From assembly GCA_963663225.1 (NCBI GenBank), contig OY760142.1:1888001-1952000 (forward strand): a DNA stretch of 64,000 nucleotides, given 5' to 3'. Below the pieces are notes generated by a model. That model ran no database searches. It was given only the letters and a program-made list of their open reading frames with translations, and was not told where the DNA came from. This DNA is from Nitrospirota bacterium. GTDB lineage: Bacteria > Nitrospirota > UBA9217. The translations under genes and the position numbers were made by a program. The stretch's first letter is position 1. The number at the start of each line of letters is the position of its first letter. Shown here in pieces: positions 39,978-49,964 of the stretch.

Positions 39978-41323
39978 GAACGCTTTTCGGAACTGATGGA
40001 GTTCGGGGTGTGGCAAATAAAGAACCCATGACGTCGGAAATGGCCATGCGGATCGGAAGGGCCGCCGCACATGTGTTTCGGGATTCTCCCCGCAGGCACA
40101 GCATCGTTATCGGAAAGGACACAAGACTCTCCGGATACATGATCGAAAGCGGACTGACTGCCGGCCTTTGCTCCATGGGCATGGACGTGCTGCTTGTGGG
40201 GCCGGTCCCCACGCCGGGTATCGCATTTCTCACCCGCAGCCTGCGGGCCGATGCAGGAGTGGTCATTTCAGCGTCACACAATCCCTATGAGGACAACGGC
40301 ATCAAGTTCTTCGGCCGTGACGGTTTCAAGCTGCCCGACGGAATTGAAAAAAAGATGGAGGACCTGATTTTTTCCGGCGCGATCGATTCCATCCGGCCTA
40401 CTGCCGCCGAGATCGGAAAAGCCTACCGGATCGACGATGCCATCGGCAGATACAATGAATTTGTAAAATCATCCATTCCTCGCGGAATGGACCTGTCCGG
40501 GCTCCGGGTGGTCGTTGACTCCGCTAACGGCGCCGCATACAAGATCGCCCCGCGCATTCTCTTTGAACTCGGAGCGGACGTCATTTCGCTGTATGATAAA
40601 CCCAACGGCATTAACATTAATCAAGGCTGCGGTTCTCTCTACCCCGAAGTCGTGTGCCGCACCGTGGTGGCAAGCCAGGCCCAGATCGGCATAGCTTTTG
40701 ACGGCGACGCGGACCGGGTCATTCTCAGCAACGAACAGGGCACCGTGGTTGACGGCGACGCCATCATGGCAATCTGCGCCATGCAAATGATGCAGGAAGG
40801 CAGGCTGAAGCAAAAAACTCTTGTCGCCACGGTCATGAGCAACCTCGGTCTGGAGCTGGCCATGAAGAAGGTGGGCGGCAAACTGGTGCGCGCCGCAGTC
40901 GGCGACCGGTATGTTATGGAAAAAATGCTGGAGGGCGGATATAATCTGGGAGGGGAACAGTCAGGACATATTATTTTCCTGGATAATAACACCACGGGGG
41001 ACGGCCTCATTTCGGCGCTGCAGGTACTGGCGATCATGAAGCAGACCGGCAAGCCACTGTCCGAACTGGCAGCCTGCATGAAAAACTATCCGCAGACGCT
41101 TGTCAATGTGAAAGTCAAAGAGCGCAAGGATCTTACATCGATCCCGGAAATTGCAAAACGGATGTCTGAGATCGAGAAAAAACTTGACGGCACCGGCCGC
41201 CTCCTTGTGCGGTACTCAGGCACCGAGCCCAAAGTCCGTGTCATGCTCGAAGGCGAGGACCAGCAGGAGATAAAAGCTTTTGCCGAGGACTTGGCCGAAC
41301 TCATCAGACAAAAACTGGGATAA
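39974..41323 (+). CDS. glmM: Phosphoglucosamine mutase
   Basis: [35 protein letters not shown]. Confidence 0.97.
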   Translation: MRTLFGTDGVRGVANKEPMTSEMAMRIGRAAAHVFRDSPRRHSIVIGKDTRLSGYMIESGLTAGLCSMGMDVLLVGPVPTPGIAFLTRSLRADAGVVISASHNPYEDNGIKFFGRDGFKLPDGIEKKMEDLIFSGAIDSIRPTAAEIGKAYRIDDAIGRYNEFVKSSIPRGMDLSGLRVVVDSANGAAYKIAPRILFELGADVISLYDKPNGININQGCGSLYPEVVCRTVVASQAQIGIAFDGDADRVILSNEQGTVVDGDAIMAICAMQMMQEGRLKQKTLVATVMSNLGLELAMKKVGGKLVRAAVGDRYVMEKMLEGGYNLGGEQSGHIIFLDNNTTGDGLISALQVLAIMKQTGKPLSELAACMKNYPQTLVNVKVKERKDLTSIPEIAKRMSEIEKKLDGTGRLLVRYSGTEPKVRVMLEGEDQQEIKAFAEDLAELIRQKLG

Positions 41324-41426
41324 CAAGTGAACGAAATCATGACGCATATTGCTGCGTTGATGCCGCAGCACGTCATCACCACGTGTTGATGTTTCTCTGC
41401 ATCGCCTGTTCAAACTCCCGCTGCCC

Positions 41427-43985
41427 ATGAAAAAACCCGTTATCCTGATCACCCTCGCGTATATTGGGGGCCTTCTTGCCGGCCACGGATTTCTTTACTT
41501 TCCATATGCAGCCGGCATCTTGATAGCGCTTTGTATTCTGACATCCGGTATTGCCGCATTGTTCGGCAAAATATCGCCCCGCCTCTTTTGGCTTTCGGCA
41601 ATTCCAGGCATCATCGGCATGGCTGCATATCTGTTTTCGTCAACCTGGCTCCCTCCAAATCACTATACACGTGTTTTCGCGTACGATAACAAGATGCACG
41701 AAATCGCCGGTACTATCGCTTCTCCTCTTGACCGTGGTCAGGACAGGACCGGTTTTGTCCTGAAACTTTCGACAATAGATGGCGACCCCGTGTCCGGAGA
41801 CGTGCGGGTAAGCGTGCGGGCGGAAGCCGCAGGTGTCGGCTATGGGGATTCCATCCGAATCAAAGGGAAGCTGCTGCGGCCCGGGGGTTCCGGCAATCCG
41901 GGTGGATTTGATTATCCGGCATATCTTGCGCGAAGCGGGATTTACACTCTTGTCAGCGTCAAAGATTTCACCATGGTTGAGATTGCCGGAACGGGAAAAG
42001 GTTTTATCAGGACGGTTCAGGACTGGCGCGAGCACATACGCCGGTCGTTTCTCGCATCAACCACGGGGGCCGGTTCCGCGATTCTTCAGGCCATGATCAT
42101 AGGAGAAGAGGGATTGCTCACGGACGAGATGCGGGACAGTTTCATGGCGGCGGGAGCAACGCACATTATTTCCATCTCAGGGTCGCATTTGGGAATGCTT
42201 GCCGTCCTCTGTATCGGTTTCCTGCGGGGAATTATTTTTCTTATGCCTGAGCGGTATTATAACCGCCTGACCCTGCATCTTGATCCCAAAAAAGCGGCGG
42301 CCTGGCTCACCCTTCCCTGTGTTGCATTTTATACGCTGCTTGCCGGCTGTGAAGTGGCCACAATCCGTTCTCTCATTATGATTACGGCGGGACTCCTGGC
42401 GCTGATCCTCGACCGGGACGACGCGCTCATGAATTCGCTGGCAATCGCGGCACTTCTGATTTTGATCGCAAGTCCTCAGGCAATTTTTGATATTTCATTT
42501 CAGCTGTCGTATTTTTCCGTGCTTGCTATCGGCTATGTCGTTACGCTCTGGAACGACTTGGAAATCAGACAGGAGGGAGTACTACGAAAAATCAGAAACA
42601 GCATTGCCATGGTCATTATGATTTCTCTTACGACAAGTCTTGCGACGGGACCGCTTGTCGCCCACTACTTTAATCAGTTTTCTTTTGCAGGCATTATATC
42701 AAATCTGGCCGTGATTCCTTTCGCAGGCCTGCTTGTCGTGCCGCTGGGCTTGTTTTCGGCGGTGTTGTCGCTTTTTACGGGATATCTGCCTCTGGCTGGC
42801 GTCAATCAATTTTTCGGGAACGCTTTTGTTGCGGTTGTAGACTTTTTCGGCCGATTGTCCTTTGCGGAAATGCATCCGCCTGCCCCGGATGCGGTGTGGT
42901 TGTTTTTTTACTTTCTTTTTCTGTTTTTTGTCGCTAGTGCCGTCAGAGCCGGTCTGCGCGCCCGCTTCAAACCTTTTGAAAGCACTACCCGGGTCCCGAG
43001 GAGCGCTGTGCTGGGCGCGGTCATCTCCGGTTGTTTCCTAGTCGTTCCTCTTGCGGTTTTTTCCATGCCGGTCAGGGCTGCAGAGGTTAGTTTTCCTGAT
43101 GTAGGACAGGGTGACTGCGCGCTTATCCGGCTGCGTTCCGGGAAAAACATTCTGATCGACGGCGGCGGCACCTATGACAACCGATTTGACATCGGACGCC
43201 GCATTGTTGCGCCGTATCTCTGGAACAAGGGGGTCAGCACCATCGATCTTCTGATCCTTTCTCACCCTCATCCGGACCATATGAACGGACTTCGATACAT
43301 CCTAAAGAAATTTCGCGTGCTGCAAGTGTGGGAAAGTGAACGGGACACAGACCTGCCGGGATACAAGGAATTCAGGCAAATCATCGCAGAGAAGAATATC
43401 CCCAGAAGGACTGTTTCTGCTGAAGAACAACCAGCAGCAATCGGCGAAGCAGAACTTTTTGTACTCCACCCTGCCGGAACATTTATATCACGCGACCGCC
43501 AGGCGTATGCCGCGGAAAACAGTCGTTCCCTCGTGGTCAAAATGGTTTTCGATAATCGTATTTCTCTGTTTCCCGGAGATATCGGCAGCGATGCCGAGCA
43601 GGAACTGGCTGAAAAAGCTCCTGGTATAAAGTGCGACCTGCTGAAAGTGCCGCATCATGGCAGCAAAAGTTCAAGCAGCGAGCTTTTCATATCCGCGACA
43701 CGGCCCCATCTTGCAATGATGACCGTCGGCAGAGGAAACCGCTACCGGCATCCTTCACCGGAGGTTTTAGAGCGGTATGCTGCGTACGGGGCCGAGATAG
43801 GCAGAACGGATATTGATGGAGCAGTAACAGTGCGAATGGAGAAAAACGGCATGAATACCGTGCGTTGGAATGACTGCGTGCTGGAACGAATAGACTTTCT
43901 TGACCGTACGGCGTGGGGAAAACGGGAAAAATCGAACTGGAGCCGTTTACAGAAGAGGATACAGTCTGATTTTTTCAAGATTTAA
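41427..43985 (+). CDS. comEC: DNA uptake protein ComEC/Rec2
   Basis: OB domain NPGGFDY, HIISISGSH competence domain, DVGQGD, SHPHPDH metallo-beta-lactamase fold, PHHGS. Confidence 0.93.
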   Translation: MKKPVILITLAYIGGLLAGHGFLYFPYAAGILIALCILTSGIAALFGKISPRLFWLSAIPGIIGMAAYLFSSTWLPPNHYTRVFAYDNKMHEIAGTIASPLDRGQDRTGFVLKLSTIDGDPVSGDVRVSVRAEAAGVGYGDSIRIKGKLLRPGGSGNPGGFDYPAYLARSGIYTLVSVKDFTMVEIAGTGKGFIRTVQDWREHIRRSFLASTTGAGSAILQAMIIGEEGLLTDEMRDSFMAAGATHIISISGSHLGMLAVLCIGFLRGIIFLMPERYYNRLTLHLDPKKAAAWLTLPCVAFYTLLAGCEVATIRSLIMITAGLLALILDRDDALMNSLAIAALLILIASPQAIFDISFQLSYFSVLAIGYVVTLWNDLEIRQEGVLRKIRNSIAMVIMISLTTSLATGPLVAHYFNQFSFAGIISNLAVIPFAGLLVVPLGLFSAVLSLFTGYLPLAGVNQFFGNAFVAVVDFFGRLSFAEMHPPAPDAVWLFFYFLFLFFVASAVRAGLRARFKPFESTTRVPRSAVLGAVISGCFLVVPLAVFSMPVRAAEVSFPDVGQGDCALIRLRSGKNILIDGGGTYDNRFDIGRRIVAPYLWNKGVSTIDLLILSHPHPDHMNGLRYILKKFRVLQVWESERDTDLPGYKEFRQIIAEKNIPRRTVSAEEQPAAIGEAELFVLHPAGTFISRDRQAYAAENSRSLVVKMVFDNRISLFPGDIGSDAEQELAEKAPGIKCDLLKVPHHGSKSSSSELFISATRPHLAMMTVGRGNRYRHPSPEVLERYAAYGAEIGRTDIDGAVTVRMEKNGMNTVRWNDCVLERIDFLDRTAWGKREKSNWSRLQKRIQSDFFKI

Positions 43986-44137
43986 TCCGTACGGCAGGGA
44001 ATTCCCCGCCTCCTGTTGGGGGCGGAATGCAGCAAGGCGTGCCCTGCGCTCGCGCGCTATCGCACTCGTTAACGCTGGGTACCGGCAGGAGGCTGTTTTT
44101 ATCAAGGGAGCCACGGCTTCTGCCGGAGGGGGTTCAT
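43983..44137 (+). mobile_element. Copy C of the IS200/IS605-end-like element with an internal insertion
   Basis: AATCC..GCAGGGAATTCCCC..GGGGGCGGAATGCAGCAAG and GGAGG..TATCAAGGGAGCCACGGCTTCTGCCGGAGGGGGTTCA align with copy B. Confidence 0.6.
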
Positions 44138-44170
44138 TAACCGGATGTTGTATGAACCTGCAAAATATCC

Positions 44171-44198
44171 TTGACATTTCTTTGTTTATGGTTAAAAT
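44171..44198 (+). promoter_or_regulatory. Sigma70 promoter of the small Cys-rich gene
   Basis: TTGACA-16 bp-TAAAAT. Confidence 0.7.
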
Positions 44199-44234
44199 GC
44201 ACAAGTTTGCATCAGGATCAGGAGGTGAAGCAAA

Positions 44235-44411
44235 ATGGCAGAAATGAGCAAAACTGCGAAAGCAGCAACCAAAAAAGCCGTGGTAAACTTGAATATACCT
44301 CAGTGCTGCGGAAAGCCCATGCAGGCGGCAAAGATGATGACCACGACAGGCAAGGTTCGCGGCATGATGTGGCTATGCGATAAATGCTTTAAAGAAACAA
44401 AGATTGCTTAA
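44235..44411 (+). CDS. 58-aa Cys-rich small protein (not in the ORF track)
   Basis: MAEMSKTAKAATKKAVVNLNIPQCCGKPMQAAKMMTTTGKVRGMMWLCDKCFKETKIA; AGGAGGTGA RBS, own promoter and terminator. Confidence 0.8.
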   Translation: MAEMSKTAKAATKKAVVNLNIPQCCGKPMQAAKMMTTTGKVRGMMWLCDKCFKETKIA

Positions 44412-44439
44412 TACGGCAGCGATACAGAAGCGAAAAACC

Positions 44440-44467
44440 AGGCGGTGAAAATCACCGCCTTTTGTTT
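44440..44467 (+). terminator. Intrinsic terminator
   Basis: AGGCGGTGA/TCACCGCCT stem plus TTTGTTT. Confidence 0.8.
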
Positions 44468-44626
44468 CCTGTCTCTTTCCACCGGCGCAATTCCTAAAGA
44501 GTTATTAGTTGCAAAAAATCCACGCTTGTGCTATTTTAATCGCGCTCGATTTTCAGAAAAAACCGGCGGTGGTGCAACTCCTCTTAGCTGTTATTATCCT
44601 CTACTCAAGGAGTGTAATTTACCCCC

Positions 44627-45250
44627 ATGGCCCTCTTCCCGAAAAATATAGATTTTTATGAGATGTTCGACCGTGCGCTTGAGAATGTTTCAAGCGCGGC
44701 TGATCTGTTTGTCGATATGCTGCGCAGCTTCGACCGTGATGAATTTGTCGCGTCGTCGAAGAAAATTTATGAGTTCGAGCAGGAAGGGGACATGCTCACT
44801 CATGATATTTTCAAAAATCTGAATAAGACGTTTCTCACTCCGATCGACAGAGAAGACATCCATGCCCTTGCTTCGAGGATTGACGATATTATGGACCACG
44901 TCTGGGCAGTGGTAGACCGGATGGTAGTGTTTAAAATTGAAAAACCCACCCCTGAGATCCTTTTGATGGCAGAGGATATGCAAACAGTTGCGGGGACTCT
45001 TAAGAAAGCAATTCGGGAGCTTCGGGCAAAGCAGTATGACCGCGTCCAGGAATACTGCATTGAGATCAACCGGCTTGAAAACCGGATCGACCGCATATAC
45101 CGGGACGCTCTCGGCAAACTGCTGAACGAACAGAATGACCCCATGTATGTCATCAAATGGAAAGACATCTATCAGCTGCTCGAAGAAGGAGCTGACCGTT
45201 CGGAAGATGTTGCCAATGTTCTTGAATCCATAGTCCTTAAATATGCATGA
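44627..45250 (+). CDS. DUF47/PhoU-like phosphate transport regulator
   Basis: EQEGD..TH, TFLTPIDREDI, EGADRSEDVA; overlaps the pit start. Confidence 0.92.
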   Translation: MALFPKNIDFYEMFDRALENVSSAADLFVDMLRSFDRDEFVASSKKIYEFEQEGDMLTHDIFKNLNKTFLTPIDREDIHALASRIDDIMDHVWAVVDRMVVFKIEKPTPEILLMAEDMQTVAGTLKKAIRELRAKQYDRVQEYCIEINRLENRIDRIYRDALGKLLNEQNDPMYVIKWKDIYQLLEEGADRSEDVANVLESIVLKYA

Positions 45251-46235
45251 ATTTCTGATTCTTATTATTATCCTGGCGGTGGTTTTCGATATCGCAAACG
45301 GATGGCACGATGCTGCCAACGCCATTGCCACTGTCGTTTCGACAAAAGTGCTTTCTCCCGCCGCTGCGGTCGCCATAGCCGCATGCATGGAAATTCTCGG
45401 CGCCTTTTTAACGACCGCCGTTGCGAAAACCATCGGATCGGGAATTGTTGACCCGACAGCCATCACGGATACCGTGCTGGTAGCAGCGCTGCTGTCTGCA
45501 ATCCTCTGGAACCTCATAACGCTTTTCTTCGGCTTGCCGGTGAGTTCGTCTCATGCGCTTGTCGGCGGGCTCATCGGCGGTTCCCTGGCCTACGGAGGCG
45601 CCAGCATCCTTAATCTGACCGGGATTCTGAAAATCTTTGCCTCGCTGCTTGTTTCCCCGGTATTTGGACTCGTCGTCGGCTATCTCTTCATGAAACTGGT
45701 TCTGTCCCTGTTTGGCACTCTTTCGCCTGGGACGATCAGCAAGTACTTCGGCAGATTCCAAATTATTTCATCTGCCTGCATGGCGTTCGGTCACGGCTCG
45801 AATGATGCTCAGAAGGCCATGGGGATCATCACCATGGCCCTTGTCAGCGGAGGCGTCATTCAGACGGTAGATGTGCCGAAATGGGTTATCATAATCTGCG
45901 CGCTTGCCATGGGAGCCGGCGTGCTTTTCGGCGGCTGGAAGATCATAAAGACTATCGGCGTTAAGATGCTCAAACTTGAGCCGATCCACGGTTTCGCCGC
46001 TGAAACTTCTTCCACGGCAATCATTATTACGGCGAGTCATTTCGGACTGCCGGTGAGCACCACGCATGTGATTTCATCGGCCATCCTGGGCGTCGGCGCA
46101 ACCAAACGGCTGTCTGCCGTACGCTGGGGCATTGCCGGCAAGATAGTGATGGCTTGGGTTCTTACTCTTCCCCTTTGCATCGGCATGGCATGGGGCATTC
46201 AGACGCTTTTGGCGCATTTCCATATTGGGTGCTGA
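45243..46235 (+). CDS. pit: Inorganic phosphate transporter (PiT family)
   Basis: NGWHDAANAIAT, HGSNDAQK, GLPVSTTH. Confidence 0.93.
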   Translation: MHEFLILIIILAVVFDIANGWHDAANAIATVVSTKVLSPAAAVAIAACMEILGAFLTTAVAKTIGSGIVDPTAITDTVLVAALLSAILWNLITLFFGLPVSSSHALVGGLIGGSLAYGGASILNLTGILKIFASLLVSPVFGLVVGYLFMKLVLSLFGTLSPGTISKYFGRFQIISSACMAFGHGSNDAQKAMGIITMALVSGGVIQTVDVPKWVIIICALAMGAGVLFGGWKIIKTIGVKMLKLEPIHGFAAETSSTAIIITASHFGLPVSTTHVISSAILGVGATKRLSAVRWGIAGKIVMAWVLTLPLCIGMAWGIQTLLAHFHIGC

Positions 46236-46279
46236 TTTCTTCAACACGTGCTTTGCCTGCCTCCAGGTATCATATTCCA

Positions 46280-46693
46280 ATGACTGTATCTGAACATGCT
46301 GAAATAAAACGTTTTGTCAGAAACACGCTCGGCTGCGGATGTCCTGAGGAAGTATTTCAAGCCATTGATTGCAGGTATGCTGTGCGGCTAGCGACAGGCA
46401 TTGTATTGGATGCCATGCTTGTCATTGCTGACCGGCTGCTTATCTATGTGGTGGAGGCGGGTGCGGAAGGCTTCTCCCAATCAGAGTTCACGGCGCTTGT
46501 AGCCGTTGGCAAGGAAGACCGTGATGTACGGAAGTTGAACAGGTTCCGGCTGGTAGTTGCAGCGGACGAGGCTCTGGATGCCCGGACTGTTCAAACATTG
46601 TTTCAGGAATTGGCATGCAGGGACGAAAAGATCCATCTGCATATTATCAGCAGGGAAGAAAATATTTTTCAGAAGAAGGGGAGCAAGCGTTAG
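46280..46693 (+). CDS. Hypothetical protein with LGCGCP motif
   Basis: FVRNTLGCGCPEEVF, NRFRLV, DEKIHLH; start ATG 46280. Confidence 0.7.
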   Translation: MTVSEHAEIKRFVRNTLGCGCPEEVFQAIDCRYAVRLATGIVLDAMLVIADRLLIYVVEAGAEGFSQSEFTALVAVGKEDRDVRKLNRFRLVVAADEALDARTVQTLFQELACRDEKIHLHIISREENIFQKKGSKR

Positions 46694-47334
46694 AATGTCA
46701 GAAAACTCTTTTCAGGCATGTTTGACGCCTTCCGTGTGTCCACACCCCGGTAGTTGCCCGCTTTCAGCATTTCAATGAAGTTTTCGTAAGTTATTTCCGC
46801 ATCAAATCTTGTAAAACAACATCCGACGTCCTGGGGTTCATGGGCATCGGAGCCGCCGGTATACGGGACGTTCCGCGCTTTTGCCGCCGCAATGGCCCGG
46901 GTGTTCATGGCAGGCATATTCACGCCGTTACATCCCTCCAGCGCTGCGATGCCGGGGACATCGTGCACAAGATCGCCGATGCTGGTTCCCGGCCGGTACG
47001 GGTGTGAGGGAATTACGACCCCTCCCGCTTCCGTCACCACATGGATGATGTCCTGCAGGGGGGCTCTCTGCGTGGAGAGTTTGTCGGTGTCGGCGCCGAA
47101 GACAAGGCAGTGCCCTTCTTCCGCGGAAAATTCCACCCCGCGAAAAATCCTGATGCTGTTTCTGTATTTGAATTTCAGTTTTTCGACAAATTCGGATGCG
47201 GAATAGAAATAGTGCTCGGTAAAGGCGATTCCCTGAAGCCCGCGTTGAATGGCGTGATGAACAGTCTCTTCCGGGTCGGCATCATTGTCTTCGCTGTATT
47301 TTGAGTGCACATGCAGGTCAATTTTAAACTCCAT
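46690..47334 (-). CDS. PHP-domain metal-dependent phosphoesterase
   Basis: DLHVHS, FTEH, GVE..GH, SHPY, GGSDAH. Confidence 0.9.
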   Translation of the reverse strand: MEFKIDLHVHSKYSEDNDADPEETVHHAIQRGLQGIAFTEHYFYSASEFVEKLKFKYRNSIRIFRGVEFSAEEGHCLVFGADTDKLSTQRAPLQDIIHVVTEAGGVVIPSHPYRPGTSIGDLVHDVPGIAALEGCNGVNMPAMNTRAIAAAKARNVPYTGGSDAHEPQDVGCCFTRFDAEITYENFIEMLKAGNYRGVDTRKASNMPEKSFLTF

Positions 47335-47678
47335 GATAAAATAACAATCGCGGAAAAACCGGATGAAAACAATCATAAATCACGATCCACGCGCTGGATC
47401 ATGACAGTCATCCCGTATCGTTGTTTGTTTCCGTCCTTTCAAAAAACATGGTCATCAGTGAAGACACTGAGTTCCACGGCAGGCAGATTGCCGCTTGTGG
47501 AGGTGAACGATTTCATTATATTACCACCTTTGCCTGCCGGAATAAAGAAGAAACAGAAAACCGCCGAGAGATGGCCGAGGGTTAGTTTGCGTATTGAAGC
47601 GGTGCGGTAAGCGTGTTTGGTTGAAGGGGCCGAACTGGCGAGTGTAAACCGCGGTTCCGGGCTGAAAACGCGACAGCT

Positions 47679-48788
47679 TCAGATCTTCCCGCATGCTTGT
47701 ATCAAAATTTTTTTCAGGTCTTCCTCGGTAACAGCTCTGGTATTATTGAGCGTGCTGCGTTGTTTCATGGTCCGGGAGGAATAGAGGGATGCTTCCTCGT
47801 CCGTAAGAACGACCCGATCCTGCAGGAGAAGCCGCATATATTCGCCGAATTCCGCAATGCTGTTTAATCCAAGCAGCCCGATGATTGCGTCGATTTTTCC
47901 TCCGGCAACTTCGTAATTATAGTTAAAATACTCTTCCATGAGAAGGCCGTTGGCTTTTCCGTGCGGAATATTTTTAAAAAAAGTCAGCGAGTATCCCAGG
48001 CCGTGGACTATTGTCGTGCCGGTATGGGCTATTACCATGCCGCCCAGCAGTGACATGTACAGCAGTTTTTCCCTGATGTCTTCCGTGATCCTGAAACTCA
48101 ACAGCGGTTTCAGGCATTCAGCAAACACCTGTATGGCTTCAACAGCAAGTGCATCGCTTACCGGCATGCTTCTTTTGCAGAGATATCCTTCGACAGCATG
48201 GCTAAACGCGTCCACCGCCGTATGTATCGTTACTTCACGGGACAGGTTCTCCGTATATCGCGGATCAATGAACGCAATCGCCGGAAAGGTTTCATCATTG
48301 CCGAAACTCTGTTTTGTCTGTAAATCGTTTCTGGTGAGAATCGAATACTGGGTGACCTCGCTTCCCGTGCCGGCGGTCGTCGGAACAGCGATGACAGGCA
48401 AGGGTTTGGTTGTGAATGCGTTTTGAAATAAAACTGAAGGTTCCATGCTGTTGACGGCAAGAACCGCGACTGCTTTTGCTGCGTCAACCGGAGAACCGCC
48501 TCCGATCCCGATGATAAAGTCTGCGTGAAAATCGCGGGCCAGGGATCCTGCTTCCGCAGCGGTTTCCAGAGAAGGGTTGTTTTCCACACGGTCATAAATT
48601 CGGTATTCTATCTGGAGCTGTTGTAAGCTTGCCTCGATGTCGTTTAAAGCACCCGAGGATCGCGCGGAAGTTTTTCCGGTGACGATAAAAGCCTTTTTCC
48701 CATAGGGAAGCAGCTCAGTACTGTGATTTTTGACCGCATTTTTGCCGAACAGCACTTTTGTTTTGATGTAAAATTTGAACGTCATCAT
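47679..48788 (-). CDS. Iron-containing alcohol dehydrogenase family protein
   Basis: GGGSPVD, PTTAGTGSEVT, DAFSHAVEG, HGLGY, PHG. Confidence 0.92.
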   Translation of the reverse strand: MMTFKFYIKTKVLFGKNAVKNHSTELLPYGKKAFIVTGKTSARSSGALNDIEASLQQLQIEYRIYDRVENNPSLETAAEAGSLARDFHADFIIGIGGGSPVDAAKAVAVLAVNSMEPSVLFQNAFTTKPLPVIAVPTTAGTGSEVTQYSILTRNDLQTKQSFGNDETFPAIAFIDPRYTENLSREVTIHTAVDAFSHAVEGYLCKRSMPVSDALAVEAIQVFAECLKPLLSFRITEDIREKLLYMSLLGGMVIAHTGTTIVHGLGYSLTFFKNIPHGKANGLLMEEYFNYNYEVAGGKIDAIIGLLGLNSIAEFGEYMRLLLQDRVVLTDEEASLYSSRTMKQRSTLNNTRAVTEEDLKKILIQACGKI

Positions 48789-48834
48789 GGTTGCATCCTT
48801 CAATCTCCTCATTATGCAAATTGCCGTTTCGCAC

Positions 48835-48871
48835 AAAAAGGCCTTCCGCATTGGTCGGGGAAGGCCTTTTT
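48835..48871. terminator. Bidirectional intrinsic terminator after fba
   Basis: AAAAAGGCCTTCC/GGAAGGCCTTTTT. Confidence 0.8.
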
Positions 48872-48913
48872 GAAGACTTCAGCCTGCATAAACCGGCGTT
48901 TTGAGAACAGCTT

Positions 48914-49894
48914 TTACGCTTTGCCTGCTGAGCCGAGAACCGTGGTATTTTTGGCAATAATAAGTTTTTTCAATTCCTCGCGCGCGGGTCCCAGATATTT
49001 GCGCGGGTCGAACTCCGCGGGGTTTTCCGCGAGCATTTTTCTGATAATGGCGGTTACAACGAGGCGACCGTCGCTGTCTATGTTTATTTTGCAAACAGCG
49101 GATTTGGCGGCCTTGCGCAGCTGGTCTTCCGGAACCCCGACCGCGTTTTCCATTTTACCGCCGAATTTGTTTATTATCGACACATATTCCTGAACGACCG
49201 ATGATGCCCCGTGCAGAACAATGGGAAAGCCCGGAAGCCGCTTCTCGATTTTCTCAAGAATATCGAAGCGCAACGGCGGGACGGATTCGCCCGGTTTTAC
49301 TTTGAATTTGTAAGCGCCGTGGGACGTCCCGATCGAAATTGCCAGCGAATCAACACCGGTTTTTTTCACGAAATCCTCGACTTCGTTCGGATCGGTATAA
49401 TTCGATTTTTCGGCTTTCACATCATCTTCAATGCCCGCCAGCACGCCGAGTTCGCCTTCCACGGTGACGTCATGCTGGTGTGCGTATTCCACCACCTGGC
49501 GGGTCAATTCGACATTTTTTTCATACGGATGGTGGGAACCGTCGATCATGACGGACGAAAAACCGTATTCAATGCATGATTTGCAGAGCTCAAAGGTATC
49601 GCCATGATCGAGATGCAAGGCAATGGGAATATTGCTCGTGAGGTCTTTTCGGCACATTGCGACGGCGCCCTGTGCCATATAGCGGAGAAGGGTCTGGTTC
49701 GCATATTTTCTGGCCCCGCTCGATACCTGCAGAATGACCGGAGAATTGCTTTCCGCGCATCCACCGATGATTGCCTGCAGCTGTTCCATATTATTGAAAT
49801 TGTATGCTGGTACGGCATACTGTCCGGACATCGCCTTTTTGAACATCTCTCTCGTATTTACCAGCCCCAATTCTTCATATAAGTGCTTTGTCAT
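48914..49894 (-). CDS. fba: Class II fructose-bisphosphate aldolase
   Basis: ALHLDHG, SSVMIDGS, VEGELG, IGTSHGAYK, VLHGAS, KINIDSD. Confidence 0.95.
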   Translation of the reverse strand: MTKHLYEELGLVNTREMFKKAMSGQYAVPAYNFNNMEQLQAIIGGCAESNSPVILQVSSGARKYANQTLLRYMAQGAVAMCRKDLTSNIPIALHLDHGDTFELCKSCIEYGFSSVMIDGSHHPYEKNVELTRQVVEYAHQHDVTVEGELGVLAGIEDDVKAEKSNYTDPNEVEDFVKKTGVDSLAISIGTSHGAYKFKVKPGESVPPLRFDILEKIEKRLPGFPIVLHGASSVVQEYVSIINKFGGKMENAVGVPEDQLRKAAKSAVCKINIDSDGRLVVTAIIRKMLAENPAEFDPRKYLGPAREELKKLIIAKNTTVLGSAGKA

Positions 49895-49964
49895 TCCCGA
49901 TCTCCTTTCTGATCCAGTAGTTGTTGTGTTCTGCTGCAAGAGAGGCAATTATAATCCACCGTGG

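Noticed and set aside
47446-47492. Fluoride-riboswitch-like string (GGCAAT..TGCC..AAC..CTGATGAC) on the minus strand upstream of the PHP gene
   Set aside because: The pseudoknot segments are not complementary and the conserved GAUG loop is missing; at most a relic
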